A DNA stretch of 32,000 bases from positions 847,207 through 879,206 of the forward strand of contig NZ_LT606950.1 in assembly GCF_900095195.1 (NCBI RefSeq), in the 5' to 3' direction. The stretch is from Polynucleobacter necessarius (lineage in GTDB: Bacteria; Pseudomonadota; Gammaproteobacteria; Burkholderiales; Burkholderiaceae). A program made the translations under genes and the position numbers. The notes under the pieces are model-generated. The model did no database searches. It had not been told where the DNA came from and saw nothing but the letters and a program-made list of their open reading frames with translations. Position 1 is the stretch's first letter, and the number at the start of each line of letters is the position of its first letter. This document shows, piece after piece, positions 1-8,265 of this stretch.

Positions 1-486
1 GCCGCTTGTGGAGCGGCAAATGCAAAATTGATTTCGCCGTTTGTTGGCCGAATTACCGATTGGTACAAAAATAAATTGGGTAGCAATTGGAGTGATGCTA
101 ACCATGGTGGTGCAAATGATCCTGGCGTTAGTTCAGTGAAACGCATTTTTCATTACTACAAGCACTTTGGCATCCCCACCGAAATTATGGGTGCGAGTTT
201 TCGCAATACCAGCCAGATCCTAGAGCTTGCGGGCTGTGACCTCTTAACTATTAGCCCAGAGATCTTGGCTGAATTAAGCACTAACAGCAACGCTGTCAGC
301 AAAAAGTTGGATCCCGCCAATGCAGCGAAGGCATTGAACGATGAAAAGATCACCCCTCTCAAGCTCGACGAATCGAGTTTTCGCTTACAACTGAACAATG
401 ATGCGATGGCCACCGAAAAACTGGCTGAGGGTATTCGAAATTTCTGCATTGATACCGAAAAACTCGAGACCTTACTGACCAAGTAA
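1..486 (+). CDS. tal: transaldolase, C-terminal ~160 codons (5' end lies upstream of the window)
   Basis: Frame 1 is open from base 1 ([23 protein letters not shown]...). [20 protein letters not shown] and [11 protein letters not shown] match the C-terminal half of TalB-type transaldolases. Stop TAA at 484-486 is followed by a hairpin terminator. Confidence 0.9.
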   Translation, partial: AACGAANAKLISPFVGRITDWYKNKLGSNWSDANHGGANDPGVSSVKRIFHYYKHFGIPTEIMGASFRNTSQILELAGCDLLTISPEILAELSTNSNAVSKKLDPANAAKALNDEKITPLKLDESSFRLQLNNDAMATEKLAEGIRNFCIDTEKLETLLTK

Positions 487-494
487 AACAAAAA

Positions 495-516
495 CCACCC
501 GCAGGTGGTTTTTTTA
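495..516 (+). terminator. rho-independent terminator of tal
   Basis: Stem ccacc (495-499), loop cgca, stem ggtgg (504-508), then a run of 8 T (509-516), 9 nt after the tal stop. Confidence 0.75.
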
Positions 517-535
517 ATTCCCCAAGATCTAAATT

Positions 536-1818
536 CTAGTTTTTGGGACAGGCGTTATCCAATGGTTTACCAGCAATACGGTCTTTTACCCAAGATACAT
601 AAAACGGCTTCGATGATCCAGGTGTAGTGAAGAGCGATTGCTCGCCAGGCTATTGCATTCTGCCAATATTGCCACCCAATTTACAGGCTTGATCTTGATA
701 CAACCTATGCATCGTGGGAGGCACGGCCGTATCCTTCGTGCCGAAATAGATTTGCACTGGGGCCATCGGCTTGACCAAAGGCACTCCGCCCTTGACTATC
801 GCTTCAGCTTACGCCAATGTGTTGCTTGGATTTTGTTTTAACAAGCTTGCGAACGTCGATCCATAGTTAAAGTTAAATGTATCGCTGGCAGTATGCATGC
901 ATTTATTACTATAAATCTCATTGGCGACCTTAACTCCATCATCAGTAAAGACGTCGGATAGTTTGAGATTTGAAAAAGCCGCTTGAGTGCCCCAATAAAA
1001 CATGGTTGCATGGGTAAAATTGAAGACACTGTCTGTGAACATTTTTTGCATTTCTTGGATATATTTATCGGCAGTAGCCTGATCCATTTTCCCTGCAGGA
1101 GCATATATCGTGATATCTTGCGGCGCCAAAGCGACAAATCCTAGAACGTCAAGATTATCAGCCGCAGTACCTGTTTTCTTGATGTAGTCAGGCATACCGG
1201 CCAAAGCAATTGCTGCTCCACCGCCTTGTGACTAACAATACACCAAGGTCTTCTTGTTGGCTCCAGTTTCTTTCATGGAAGCTGCAGCACTGGCAGCATT
1301 CATAGTACCCATACCATTCGTGGTGGATACACTGTATTGATGACGACCGCCACCGCCGAGACCTTAATAATCCGTTGCAGCAATGACGTACCCTTCTTTC
1401 AGAAATTCTTCTATCGCCGGAATTCCGTAATCCGTCCAGGAGTTACCACCCACCAAGAGGTACTCGTTTAGCGGCACCGCAGGATCAAGAATTTGGGATG
1501 GTCCACAGTTTTGGGCAGAGCCTGTTGTGCCGTGCGCCCAAGTTAAAATGGACGACTACCTGCCGGCGCAACTACCAAGCCTGTTGAAATGGTTTTGCGA
1601 CCTGAAATATCTGAAGAGATATAGGCAATTCTCCTTGCCTGTGTGCCTTTTAGTAATGTAGCAATCTTCTCTTGTTTAATCACTTGCCTTAATTTGCCAT
1701 CCGGAGTCATTTTCATGACTGCAGCATAGAAAGGTGGCACAGGCGGATCGGCATGAACTGCCGATACATTCAACCCAAGAACTAAACCAAGCGCGAAAGT
1801 GAAAAATATCTTTTTCAT
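536..1818 (-). pseudogene. secreted LIP-family (secretory lipase-like) alpha/beta hydrolase, pseudogene
   Basis: ATG at 1818 is preceded by GAGG and followed by a signal peptide (MKKIFFTFALGLVLGLNVSAVHA). The minus strand reads on as ILTWAHGTTGSAQNCGPS, ATDY*GLGGGG and VYC*SQGGGAAIALAGMPDY (SQGG nucleophile elbow). Past the ORF-track stop it continues in the same frame as GGVPLVKPMAPVQIYFGTKDTAVPP...WVKDRIAGKPLDNACPKN*, ending at TAG 536-538. Disruptions are a 1-nt frameshift at ~1547-1552 and in-frame stops at 1364-1366 (TAA), 1232-1234 (TAG), 809-811 (TAA) and 650-652 (TAG). Confidence 0.75.
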
Positions 1819-1862
1819 GTTTACCTCTAAGAAATTTCAATAGTTATTTAAAAAAATATTTT

Positions 1863-2048
1863 TTATTTATTGGATGTACTAATGCCTAACACGCTATAAG
1901 CTGGGCAATTACCAAGCATTCCCATGATCAACGGAACAATACCAATCCAAGCCCATGGGCCCGTAATACCAAAACCCGCTAAGCCCATTAGGGTAACGCC
2001 AACCGTCATGCGCAGTACACGATCCGTGTGACCTATATTGCATTTCAT
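1863..2048 (-). CDS. DUF2892 / YgaP-like small membrane protein (61 aa)
   Basis: The pattern N-x-G-x-x-DR-x-x-R...two hydrophobic helices...GNCPAYSVLGIST is the DUF2892 signature. ATG at 2048 is preceded by AGGGGG. Confidence 0.75.
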   Translation of the reverse strand: MKCNIGHTDRVLRMTVGVTLMGLAGFGITGPWAWIGIVPLIMGMLGNCPAYSVLGISTSNK

Positions 2049-2085
2049 ATAGGCCCCCTTTATTTGCAGTTGCCGATTAAACTCA

Positions 2086-2838
2086 CTATTTCCTTTTTGC
2101 TAAACGTTGCCGTAACGCCTCATACAGGCAAACGCCACTGGCAACCGAAACGTTCAAGCTGGAGACTACACCCTGCATTGGGATGCGAACGAGCTCATCA
2201 CACGTCTCTCGGGTCAGACGGCGCATTCCATCGCCCTCCGCGCCCATCACAATACCAATCGATCCCGTCAAATCAATGTCATAAATCAACTGTTCAGCTT
2301 CATCATCGGTACCAATCAACCAAACGCCTGCATTCTGCATCTCTTTCATGCTGCGCACGAGATTCGTAACAGTAATCACTGGCATGACTTCTGAGGCACC
2401 GCTAGATACCTTGCTCACAGTGGCATTAATTGAGGCGGAGCGATCTTTTGGAATGACAACGGCATTCACTTCCGCGCCATCAGCAACCCGCAAACAGGCG
2501 CCAAAGTTATGTGGGTCAGTGACACCATCAAGCACTAAGAATAATGGCTTTTGCTTCTCGCCTTCGACATCTTCAATCACTTCTGTGATCGTGCGTGCAA
2601 CTGTCATCTTCTCTGCTAGCGCAACTACTCCTTGATGACGATCATGACCCGTGAGTTTATAAAGACGCTCGACATCGGCTGCATGCAAACGCTCACCCAA
2701 AATCCCTTCTGCTTGTTTTAAAAAGTCACCCATACGCCGATCGCGACGGCTAGGATCAAAATAAACCGACTTCAGGCTATCGGGATCTACACGCAATCGT
2801 GCTTGTACCGCATGAAATCCCACTAATATTTGCTTCAT
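2086..2838 (-). CDS. rlmB: 23S rRNA (guanosine2251-2'-O)-methyltransferase RlmB (SpoU/TrmH family)
   Basis: Full-length 250-aa ORF. GFHAVQARL at the N-terminus, LVLDGVTDPHNFGACLR, IGIVMGAEGDGMRRLTRETCDELVRIPM and SLNVSVA are SpoU-class motifs. It lies directly downstream of rnr, as in many proteobacteria. Confidence 0.9.
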   Translation of the reverse strand: MKQILVGFHAVQARLRVDPDSLKSVYFDPSRRDRRMGDFLKQAEGILGERLHAADVERLYKLTGHDRHQGVVALAEKMTVARTITEVIEDVEGEKQKPLFLVLDGVTDPHNFGACLRVADGAEVNAVVIPKDRSASINATVSKVSSGASEVMPVITVTNLVRSMKEMQNAGVWLIGTDDEAEQLIYDIDLTGSIGIVMGAEGDGMRRLTRETCDELVRIPMQGVVSSLNVSVASGVCLYEALRQRLAKRK

Positions 2839-2867
2839 CGTTGTATTTCTTCGTATGTTTTCTATTG

Positions 2868-5255
2868 TTATTTACGTCGTGCTTTAGTATTGCGCACTGG
2901 CGGTTTGTTACCTGCTGGTCGACCAACTGATCCACCAGAATTACCAACCTTTGCCTTACCGTTCTTACGACTTGCTTTGCTCTTCGACTGAGATACCCCA
3001 AAAGTACCCGCAGACTTGGCAGCGTTGACATTAATACCGCTCGGTTTCTGTGGAGTTTGATGGGATGGCTTACTCTTTTTAGAGGCAGCTTTCTTATTCG
3101 GCCTCCCAAAGTCCGCGTCCAAAAGTAATTGACGTCGATTTGAACCATTACCATCAGCGCCGGCGTTTTTCATGAGACTAAATTCAATTTTGCGAGCGTC
3201 TAGGTCAACGCGGCTCACTAACACGTGCACTCGATCACCCAAGCGATACCGAATACCAGTGCGTTCACCGCGTAATTCTTGCAGGGCTTCATCGTATTGG
3301 AAGTAATCGCCACCAAGCTCAGTCGCATGGACCATGCCCTCGACGAAAAGGTTCTCTAACTGAACAAACAACTCAAGGTTCGCAACACCGGTAATGGTTC
3401 CAGCGTACTCTTGACCGAGATGGTCACGCATGTAGTAGCACTTGAGCCAGGCTTCTGCGTCCCGCGAGACCTCGTCTGCCCGACGCTCATTTGAGGAGCA
3501 ATGCACACCCAATTGACCCCAGATTGGCAATGCCGCATTGGCACCTTTTGGAACCTTTGCACCCCTTGCGATGTTTGCTTTGGCATCGCTCTGCGACTTC
3601 TTCGCATTGACAGCATTCTCTCGACCTTTGCCTTTACGTGGCAAAGTGAGATTGAGGGGAACTTTTGGCGGCAATACGGGAACATAAGACTTCTTTTGCA
3701 GAATGGACTTAATCACGCGATGCGTCAAAAGGTCTGGATAGCGACGAATGGGGCTCGTAAAGTGAGAATACGCAGGATAGGCCAAACCAAAGTGGCCTTC
3801 GTTATCGGGTTGATACATCGCTTGCTGCATCGAACGCAATACCACGGACTGAAGCATATTGGCATCTGGGCGATCTTTAATCTCGCGCATTAATTTTGCA
3901 AAATCTCGGGGCTTTGGTTTCTCACCGCCACCAAGCGACAGGCCCGAGGTTCTCAATACCTGACGCAATGTCACCAGCTTTTCTTCAGAGGGCTCACCGT
4001 GAACACGATATAGGCTCAAGTGCTTATTTTTCTCAATGAAGTCGGCAGCACAGACGTTTGCGGTCAACATGCATTCTTCAATTAGACGATGCGCATCATT
4101 CCGTAAACGAGGCTCAATTCGCAGAATCTTGCCCAACTCATTGCTAATGATTTGAGTTTCAATGGTTTCAAACTCAATCGCACCCCGCTTCTCACGCGCA
4201 GAGAGCAGAATCTTAAATAAGGCGTAGAGATTCGTTAATAGTGGGCGGAACTCAGCAAAGCGTGCTGCCTTTGGCCCTTTACTGTTCGAGAGAATCTCCC
4301 AAACCGTATCGTAGGTAAAGCGCTGCGCAGAATGCATTACTGCTGGATAAAACTGATAAGCCAACACAACGCCGTTGTTATCAACTACTGAATCGCACAC
4401 CATGCAGAGGCGATCGACATTCGGATTCAGCGAGCACAGACCATTGGAGATTTTCTCCGGCAACATCGGTATCACTCTTCTTGGGAAATACACTGAAGTA
4501 GCACGCAATAATCCTTCATCATCTAATGAATGACCGGGTTTCACGTAATGCGATACGTCAGCAATCGCCACAATCAAGCGCCAAGCTTTCGTCTTGCCAT
4601 ACATGACTGGCTCACAGTAGACGGCATCGTCAAAGTCACGCGCATCAGCGCCATCAATTGTGACTAGTGGCACATCCCGTAAATCAACCCTACCCTCTAA
4701 GTCCTCTTGCTGAATCGAATCGGGTAATGCTGCAGCTTCTTTCATGGCTGCGGCTGAGAATTCGTGGGGAACCCCGTACTTGCGGACTGCGATCTCTATC
4801 TCCATACCGGGATCATCAATCTCGCCTAAAACCTCTACAACCCGTCCGACGGCTTGGCGATAGCTGTCGGGATAATCGATGATTTCCACACTAACCACTT
4901 GGCCCAACTTGGCTTGACCTTGACCTTTAGGCGGAATCAGAATGTCGTGACCAATGCGCTTATCTTCTGGCGCAACAATTAGTACACCGTTTTCATTGAG
5001 AAGACGACCAATCACAACCTTATTGGCGTGCAGCACTACTTCAACAATTTGCCCCTCAGGACGTCCGCGTCGATCTGTTCCTAAAACCCTGACATTGACT
5101 CGATCACCGTGCATGACACGAGACATCTCTCGTTCAGAGAGAAAAATATCTTCACCACCATCATCGGGAATAACAAATCCAAATCCATCTCGATGCCCTT
5201 GAACCGCTCCTAAACGATCTGCCTCGCGGGGCACCACATCCCTTGCTTTACGCAT
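2868..5255 (-). CDS. rnr: ribonuclease R (lysine-rich C-terminal tail)
   Basis: 795-aa ORF. It has cold-shock-like GFGFV, an RNB domain (TIDGADARDFDDAVY, YFPRRVIPMLPE, HFGLAYPAYSHFTSPIRRYPDL), an S1 domain and a basic tail. Confidence 0.93.
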   Translation of the reverse strand: MRKARDVVPREADRLGAVQGHRDGFGFVIPDDGGEDIFLSEREMSRVMHGDRVNVRVLGTDRRGRPEGQIVEVVLHANKVVIGRLLNENGVLIVAPEDKRIGHDILIPPKGQGQAKLGQVVSVEIIDYPDSYRQAVGRVVEVLGEIDDPGMEIEIAVRKYGVPHEFSAAAMKEAAALPDSIQQEDLEGRVDLRDVPLVTIDGADARDFDDAVYCEPVMYGKTKAWRLIVAIADVSHYVKPGHSLDDEGLLRATSVYFPRRVIPMLPEKISNGLCSLNPNVDRLCMVCDSVVDNNGVVLAYQFYPAVMHSAQRFTYDTVWEILSNSKGPKAARFAEFRPLLTNLYALFKILLSAREKRGAIEFETIETQIISNELGKILRIEPRLRNDAHRLIEECMLTANVCAADFIEKNKHLSLYRVHGEPSEEKLVTLRQVLRTSGLSLGGGEKPKPRDFAKLMREIKDRPDANMLQSVVLRSMQQAMYQPDNEGHFGLAYPAYSHFTSPIRRYPDLLTHRVIKSILQKKSYVPVLPPKVPLNLTLPRKGKGRENAVNAKKSQSDAKANIARGAKVPKGANAALPIWGQLGVHCSSNERRADEVSRDAEAWLKCYYMRDHLGQEYAGTITGVANLELFVQLENLFVEGMVHATELGGDYFQYDEALQELRGERTGIRYRLGDRVHVLVSRVDLDARKIEFSLMKNAGADGNGSNRRQLLLDADFGRPNKKAASKKSKPSHQTPQKPSGINVNAAKSAGTFGVSQSKSKASRKNGKAKVGNSGGSVGRPAGNKPPVRNTKARRK

Positions 5256-5395
5256 TTAATTCCTTTGGCATTACCTGCCTTATTGATACCTAAGGTATCG
5301 ATTATTACTATGAATAAGGCTACTGTATCAAACCACCAAGTCTGATGGGAAAAAGCCAAAATGGGGTTGAAAAGACCGGAAAACGCCTACCCCTC

Positions 5396-5401
5396 TATAA
5401 T
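5396..5401 (+). promoter_or_regulatory. candidate -10 box (TATAAT) for tRNA-Leu
   Basis: A perfect TATAAT ends 8 nt before the mature tRNA 5' end. No convincing -35 sits at 17 +/- 1 nt (TTGAAA at 5367-5372 is 23 nt away). Confidence 0.35.
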
Positions 5402-5409
5402 AGAAACAT

Positions 5410-5496
5410 GCCCAGGTGGCGAAATTGGTAGACGCACCAGCTTCAGGTGCTGGCGATCGTAAGGTTGTGGGGGTTCGAGTCCCTTCCTGGGCACCA
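5410..5496 (+). tRNA. tRNA-Leu (anticodon CAG), type II with long variable arm, CCA encoded
   Basis: Acceptor stem gcccagg/cctgggc. Anticodon stem ccagc/gctgg with loop ttCAGgt. Long variable arm, T-loop ttcgagt, and 3' a-cca ending at 5496. Confidence 0.93.
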
Positions 5497-5503
5497 AACA
5501 CGG

Positions 5504-6455
5504 TTAATCTGGCTGAATATTCCCTTTTTGGATCACGCCTGCCCATTGCTCTTGTTCAGCCTTTTGAAACTTGGCAAACTCTTCAGGCGTAGACCCAACA
5601 GCAATAGCGCTCAATTGATCTAATCTTTGCCTGACGTCAGGCATTTTCATGATCTTTGCCAGCTCATTCGATAGACGTTTGACAATTTCTGGCGAGGTCC
5701 CAGACTTCAGATGTTTCGAACCCTGGAAAACCACTCTCCGCCAACGTTGGAGTCTTTGGATAACTTGGCAATCTTTTCGCTGTAGTAGTAGCAATAATTT
5801 TTAGCTTTCCAGACTGAATATGCTAAGTGGAGGTTAGTAAAGTATCAAACATGAGATTGACCTGCCCGGCAATCACGTCACTGACCGCTGGTGCAAATCC
5901 TTTGTATGGAACATGAACCACGTCAACACCCGAACGCATCATAAACATCTCTGAGACCAAATGAGATGAGCCACCATTCCCTGCAGAGGCAAAAGTGAGC
6001 TTGCCAGGATTCGCTCTAGCATAAGCAATCAGTCCTGCTAGATCATTAAAGGGAGCATCCGCTCTAGTAACTATAGCGATTGGCACCGTCACTAACAGTG
6101 AAACTGGGACAAAATCCTTATTTACATCATAAGAAGATTTTTTATACAAGACTGGATTGATTCCATTTGTGCCAATAGAGACCATTGCCAAGGTTTGACC
6201 GTCTGCGGGGGCAGCTAATACAGCCTGGAGTCCGATTGATCCATGAGCACCAGCTTTATTCTTAACATAGACTGGCTGACCCAGAGCATCGCCCAACTTA
6301 TTCGAAATTAATCGAGCAATTACGTCTGTTGAACCTCCCGCGGGGAATGGCGCTATCATTTTTAGCGGTCCATTTTGGTAGCTTTGTGCGAAACATGTAC
6401 CAGCCAACATAAAGCTCGTCAGAAACAATATTCCAGCAATCATTTTCTTGTTCAT
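5504..6455 (-). pseudogene. Bug-family (TctC-like) tripartite tricarboxylate transporter substrate-binding protein, pseudogene
   Basis: The N-terminal 210 aa carry a signal peptide and APFPAGGSTDVIARL...GSIG. There is an in-frame TAG at 5823-5825 (FDTLLTST*HIQSGKLKIIATTTAKRLP...). A frameshift plus small deletion at ~5695-5705 (ETSEVW | GTSPEIVKRLSNELAKIM) leads into the typical Bug C-terminus, [28 protein letters not shown]. Confidence 0.85.
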
Positions 6456-6457
6456 TA

Positions 6458-7094
6458 TTAATTCCTAAAATGCCCTGAGATTTTTGGAATGTTGCGGTAA
6501 CCGATATACAAAATCAATACCGAAACCAAGCCAATAAATATAAAGGGTGCTCGCCAGCCTAATGACTCAATGTGGTTCGCCAAAAAGAGGCTCAGCGGTA
6601 CTCCAGCCACCGTTGACGCTGAAATGCTGCCAATCACCGTACCTAGCGCCTTGCCTCTGCGCTCAAACGGAGTGGAATCAGCAACAATGGTTTGTACGAG
6701 AGAACCCAGAATGCCGCCAAACGCGCCAGAACAGGCACGGGCAATAAACAGCATAGGTAGTTGGGGGCAAATCCACATGCCACGGTTGCGATGATAAAAA
6801 AGACATACAGGCGCAGCAGCAACTCTCGTCGCTCAAATCGATCGACATAGTAAGTTGCAAAAACTCCAGCTATCGCAGCGGCAAAAGTATATGCCGACAA
6901 TAACAGGCCAAACTCATGCGCATTGATGGAGAACGCTTTAATGAACTGAGGCCCCAAAGGGCATCATGATCATAAAGTCCAGAATATGGGTGAACTGAAT
7001 ACCTGCTAGTGCCAGGAGAAAAAATCGTTCTCGCTGGGGAGATTCAAAGAGATGGGAAGGTTGGCTCAAGGCCTGCTTTACAGGTACGGGTCAT
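6458..7094 (-). pseudogene. MFS transporter, N-terminal half only, frameshifted
   Basis: Reads as ...RERFFLLALAGIQFTHILDFMIMMP|GPQFIKAFSINAHEFGLLLSAYTFAAAIAGVFATYYVDRFERRELLL (MFS TM1-2 and the D-R-x-x-R-R loop), then ...IARACSGAFGGILGSLVQTIVADSTPFERRGKALG... Frameshifts occur near 6958 and near 6765. The reading ends after ~210 codons (about TM6), whereas MFS proteins are ~400 aa. The remnant stop (6458-6460) is 2 bp from the Bug pseudogene ATG. The start is uncertain (ATG 7094 out of frame, TTG 7069 in frame). Confidence 0.75.
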
Positions 7095-7123
7095 TATGAC
7101 ATTATCGCCCTTGATAACTATTC

Positions 7124-7505
7124 ATGCTGAGACAGACTATGACGACCATTACCACCTCCCTAGATAACGCAGTAGTGCTTGGTATACCGTTTATTCCTTT
7201 GGTCACCGATATATTCTTTGGCATAGTAGGCCTGGTCATTGTGTTGATCGTTCATGGCAGCGCGATTAACCACATCATCATGCGCTTTGAGACTCGCACT
7301 GAAGCCAATTTAAAGAATGGTCAGTACAACTGGGTGTTTACCCATTTTTATACTTCGTTCTTTTTAATTGCGATTGCGCACATTTGCGAAATTATTTTGT
7401 GGTCCCCCTTTCTACTCTTGTTAGGCTTAATGGCTGATGGCGTGCAGGCTCTACTTTTTGCTGGCAGTTGCTACACCACTTGTTGGCTTTGTGTCTGATG
7501 TGCTG
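7124..7505 (+). pseudogene. small two-TM ion-channel family (Ion_trans_2-like) gene, 5' two thirds, disrupted in the selectivity-filter region
   Basis: IVLIVHGSAINHIIMRFE, IAIAHICEIILWSPF (outer helix) and ALLFAGSCYTT (pore helix) fit the short bacterial K-channel-like family. The ORF stops at 7496-7498. The +1 frame continues as LVGFVSDVL (7479-7505). No inner helix follows on this strand. Confidence 0.6.
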
Positions 7506-7660
7506 ATCGTTTTAAGAATCAGATGTTTCCAGCGCTTGTACTTAAGGTTCCAAGCAGTTTTATAGGCGTTGGTCATGCCAATCATGACCGAGGTTGTCCA
7601 CGCAAACGAAAATAGACCTGTAAATGCGATGAAGAAAGCGAGACTTTTCCATCCCACAGG
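7506..7660 (-). other. inverted fragment encoding the inner helix and C-terminus of the same channel family
   Basis: The minus strand reads [52 protein letters not shown]. As I recall the family, this aligns position-for-position with its post-filter consensus W-[RK]-x-L-A-x-F-x-A-x-x-G-x-x-x-F-[GA]-W-[ST]-T. Confidence 0.5.
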
Positions 7661-8265
7661 CAGCAACGCTTCATGTAGTAACCGTAGACACAACGACTCC
7701 CACCACGTGAGGGGTTATGGGTATCGTAGATAACGCCATCGATTACCGCTGTTAAATGCTTGGACACCTTAACGATGAGCGTACCCTTAGGCAATTCATC
7801 AGGCCGAAGGTGAACCTGACATCCCGCACCTACCTGCATAGTGGGAACCCAATCAAACCCTAGCCTCAGAATATAGTCATGAAAGACATTGCGGTGATTG
7901 CCATTGCGGGGTGAAGAGTCTTTACGAGCGAGATGCCGCGAGACCTTGTTATCCCGCTGGGTGGCATATTGCGCATTGGCTACGCGCATCTCCTCATACA
8001 CCTGCTGATACGGAAGATTTGCGGCAATGGCTATTGACCGAACTACGCAATCACCTGCCCCACCCTGAAATCCTGCTTGCGCCCTGCCACCATCGTGATA
8101 CTGGAATGGAAAGTCTTGGTTGAGCCAGAGAAGAGGTTTAGGAAGCCAAACATAGTCTATGAGGCTAATAAAAAATGGATTTGCCTCGCGACAAATCCAT
8201 TCTTCTGATCCGCAATCGCAAATACAAATTACTTCGCTTGCGCCTTCTTTACTTCCAGACGCCAT
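7582..8265 (-). CDS. hypothetical protein with papain-like Cys...His...Asp pattern; 3' end probably altered
   Basis: Single 227-aa ORF. ATG at 8265 is the only start codon upstream of the conserved core, and it overlaps the glcB remnant by 37 nt. Core motifs are [19 protein letters not shown] (Cys at a helix start) and [19 protein letters not shown] (His then Asp). The last 26 codons (after ...[10 protein letters not shown]) run out of frame through the inverted channel fragment. Confidence 0.6.
   Translation of the reverse strand: MASGSKEGASEVICICDCGSEEWICREANPFFISLIDYVWLPKPLLWLNQDFPFQYHDGGRAQAGFQGGAGDCVVRSIAIAANLPYQQVYEEMRVANAQYATQRDNKVSRHLARKDSSPRNGNHRNVFHDYILRLGFDWVPTMQVGAGCQVHLRPDELPKGTLIVKVSKHLTAVIDGVIYDTHNPSRGGSRCVYGYYMKRCCLWDGKVSLSSSHLQVYFRLRGQPRS

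Noticed and set aside
638-841. Plus-strand 67-aa ORF in the apparent gap after tal
   Set aside because: It is antisense to the in-frame continuation of the LIP-family pseudogene (536-808), shows no recognisable motifs and has no SD. It is most likely an artefact.
5328-5546. Minus-strand 72-aa ORF
   Set aside because: It runs antisense straight through tRNA-Leu (5410-5496). The tRNA fold is unambiguous, so the ORF is spurious.
7489-7693. Alternative inversion breakpoints at an 8-bp inverted repeat (ttgtgtct at 7489-7496, agacacaa at 7686-7693)
   Set aside because: Flipping at this pair gives no filter-like sequence in the channel (YTT...[19 protein letters not shown]) and truncates the convergent gene before its CVYGYY ending. 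The 7505/7506 and 7660/7661 junctions fit both genes better. It is kept only as a second possibility.
5410-8265. Possible genomic island integrated at tRNA-Leu
   Set aside because: I saw no integrase, recombinase or phage gene and no direct repeat of the tRNA 3' end. The cargo is ordinary transporter, metabolic and hypothetical genes in decay.
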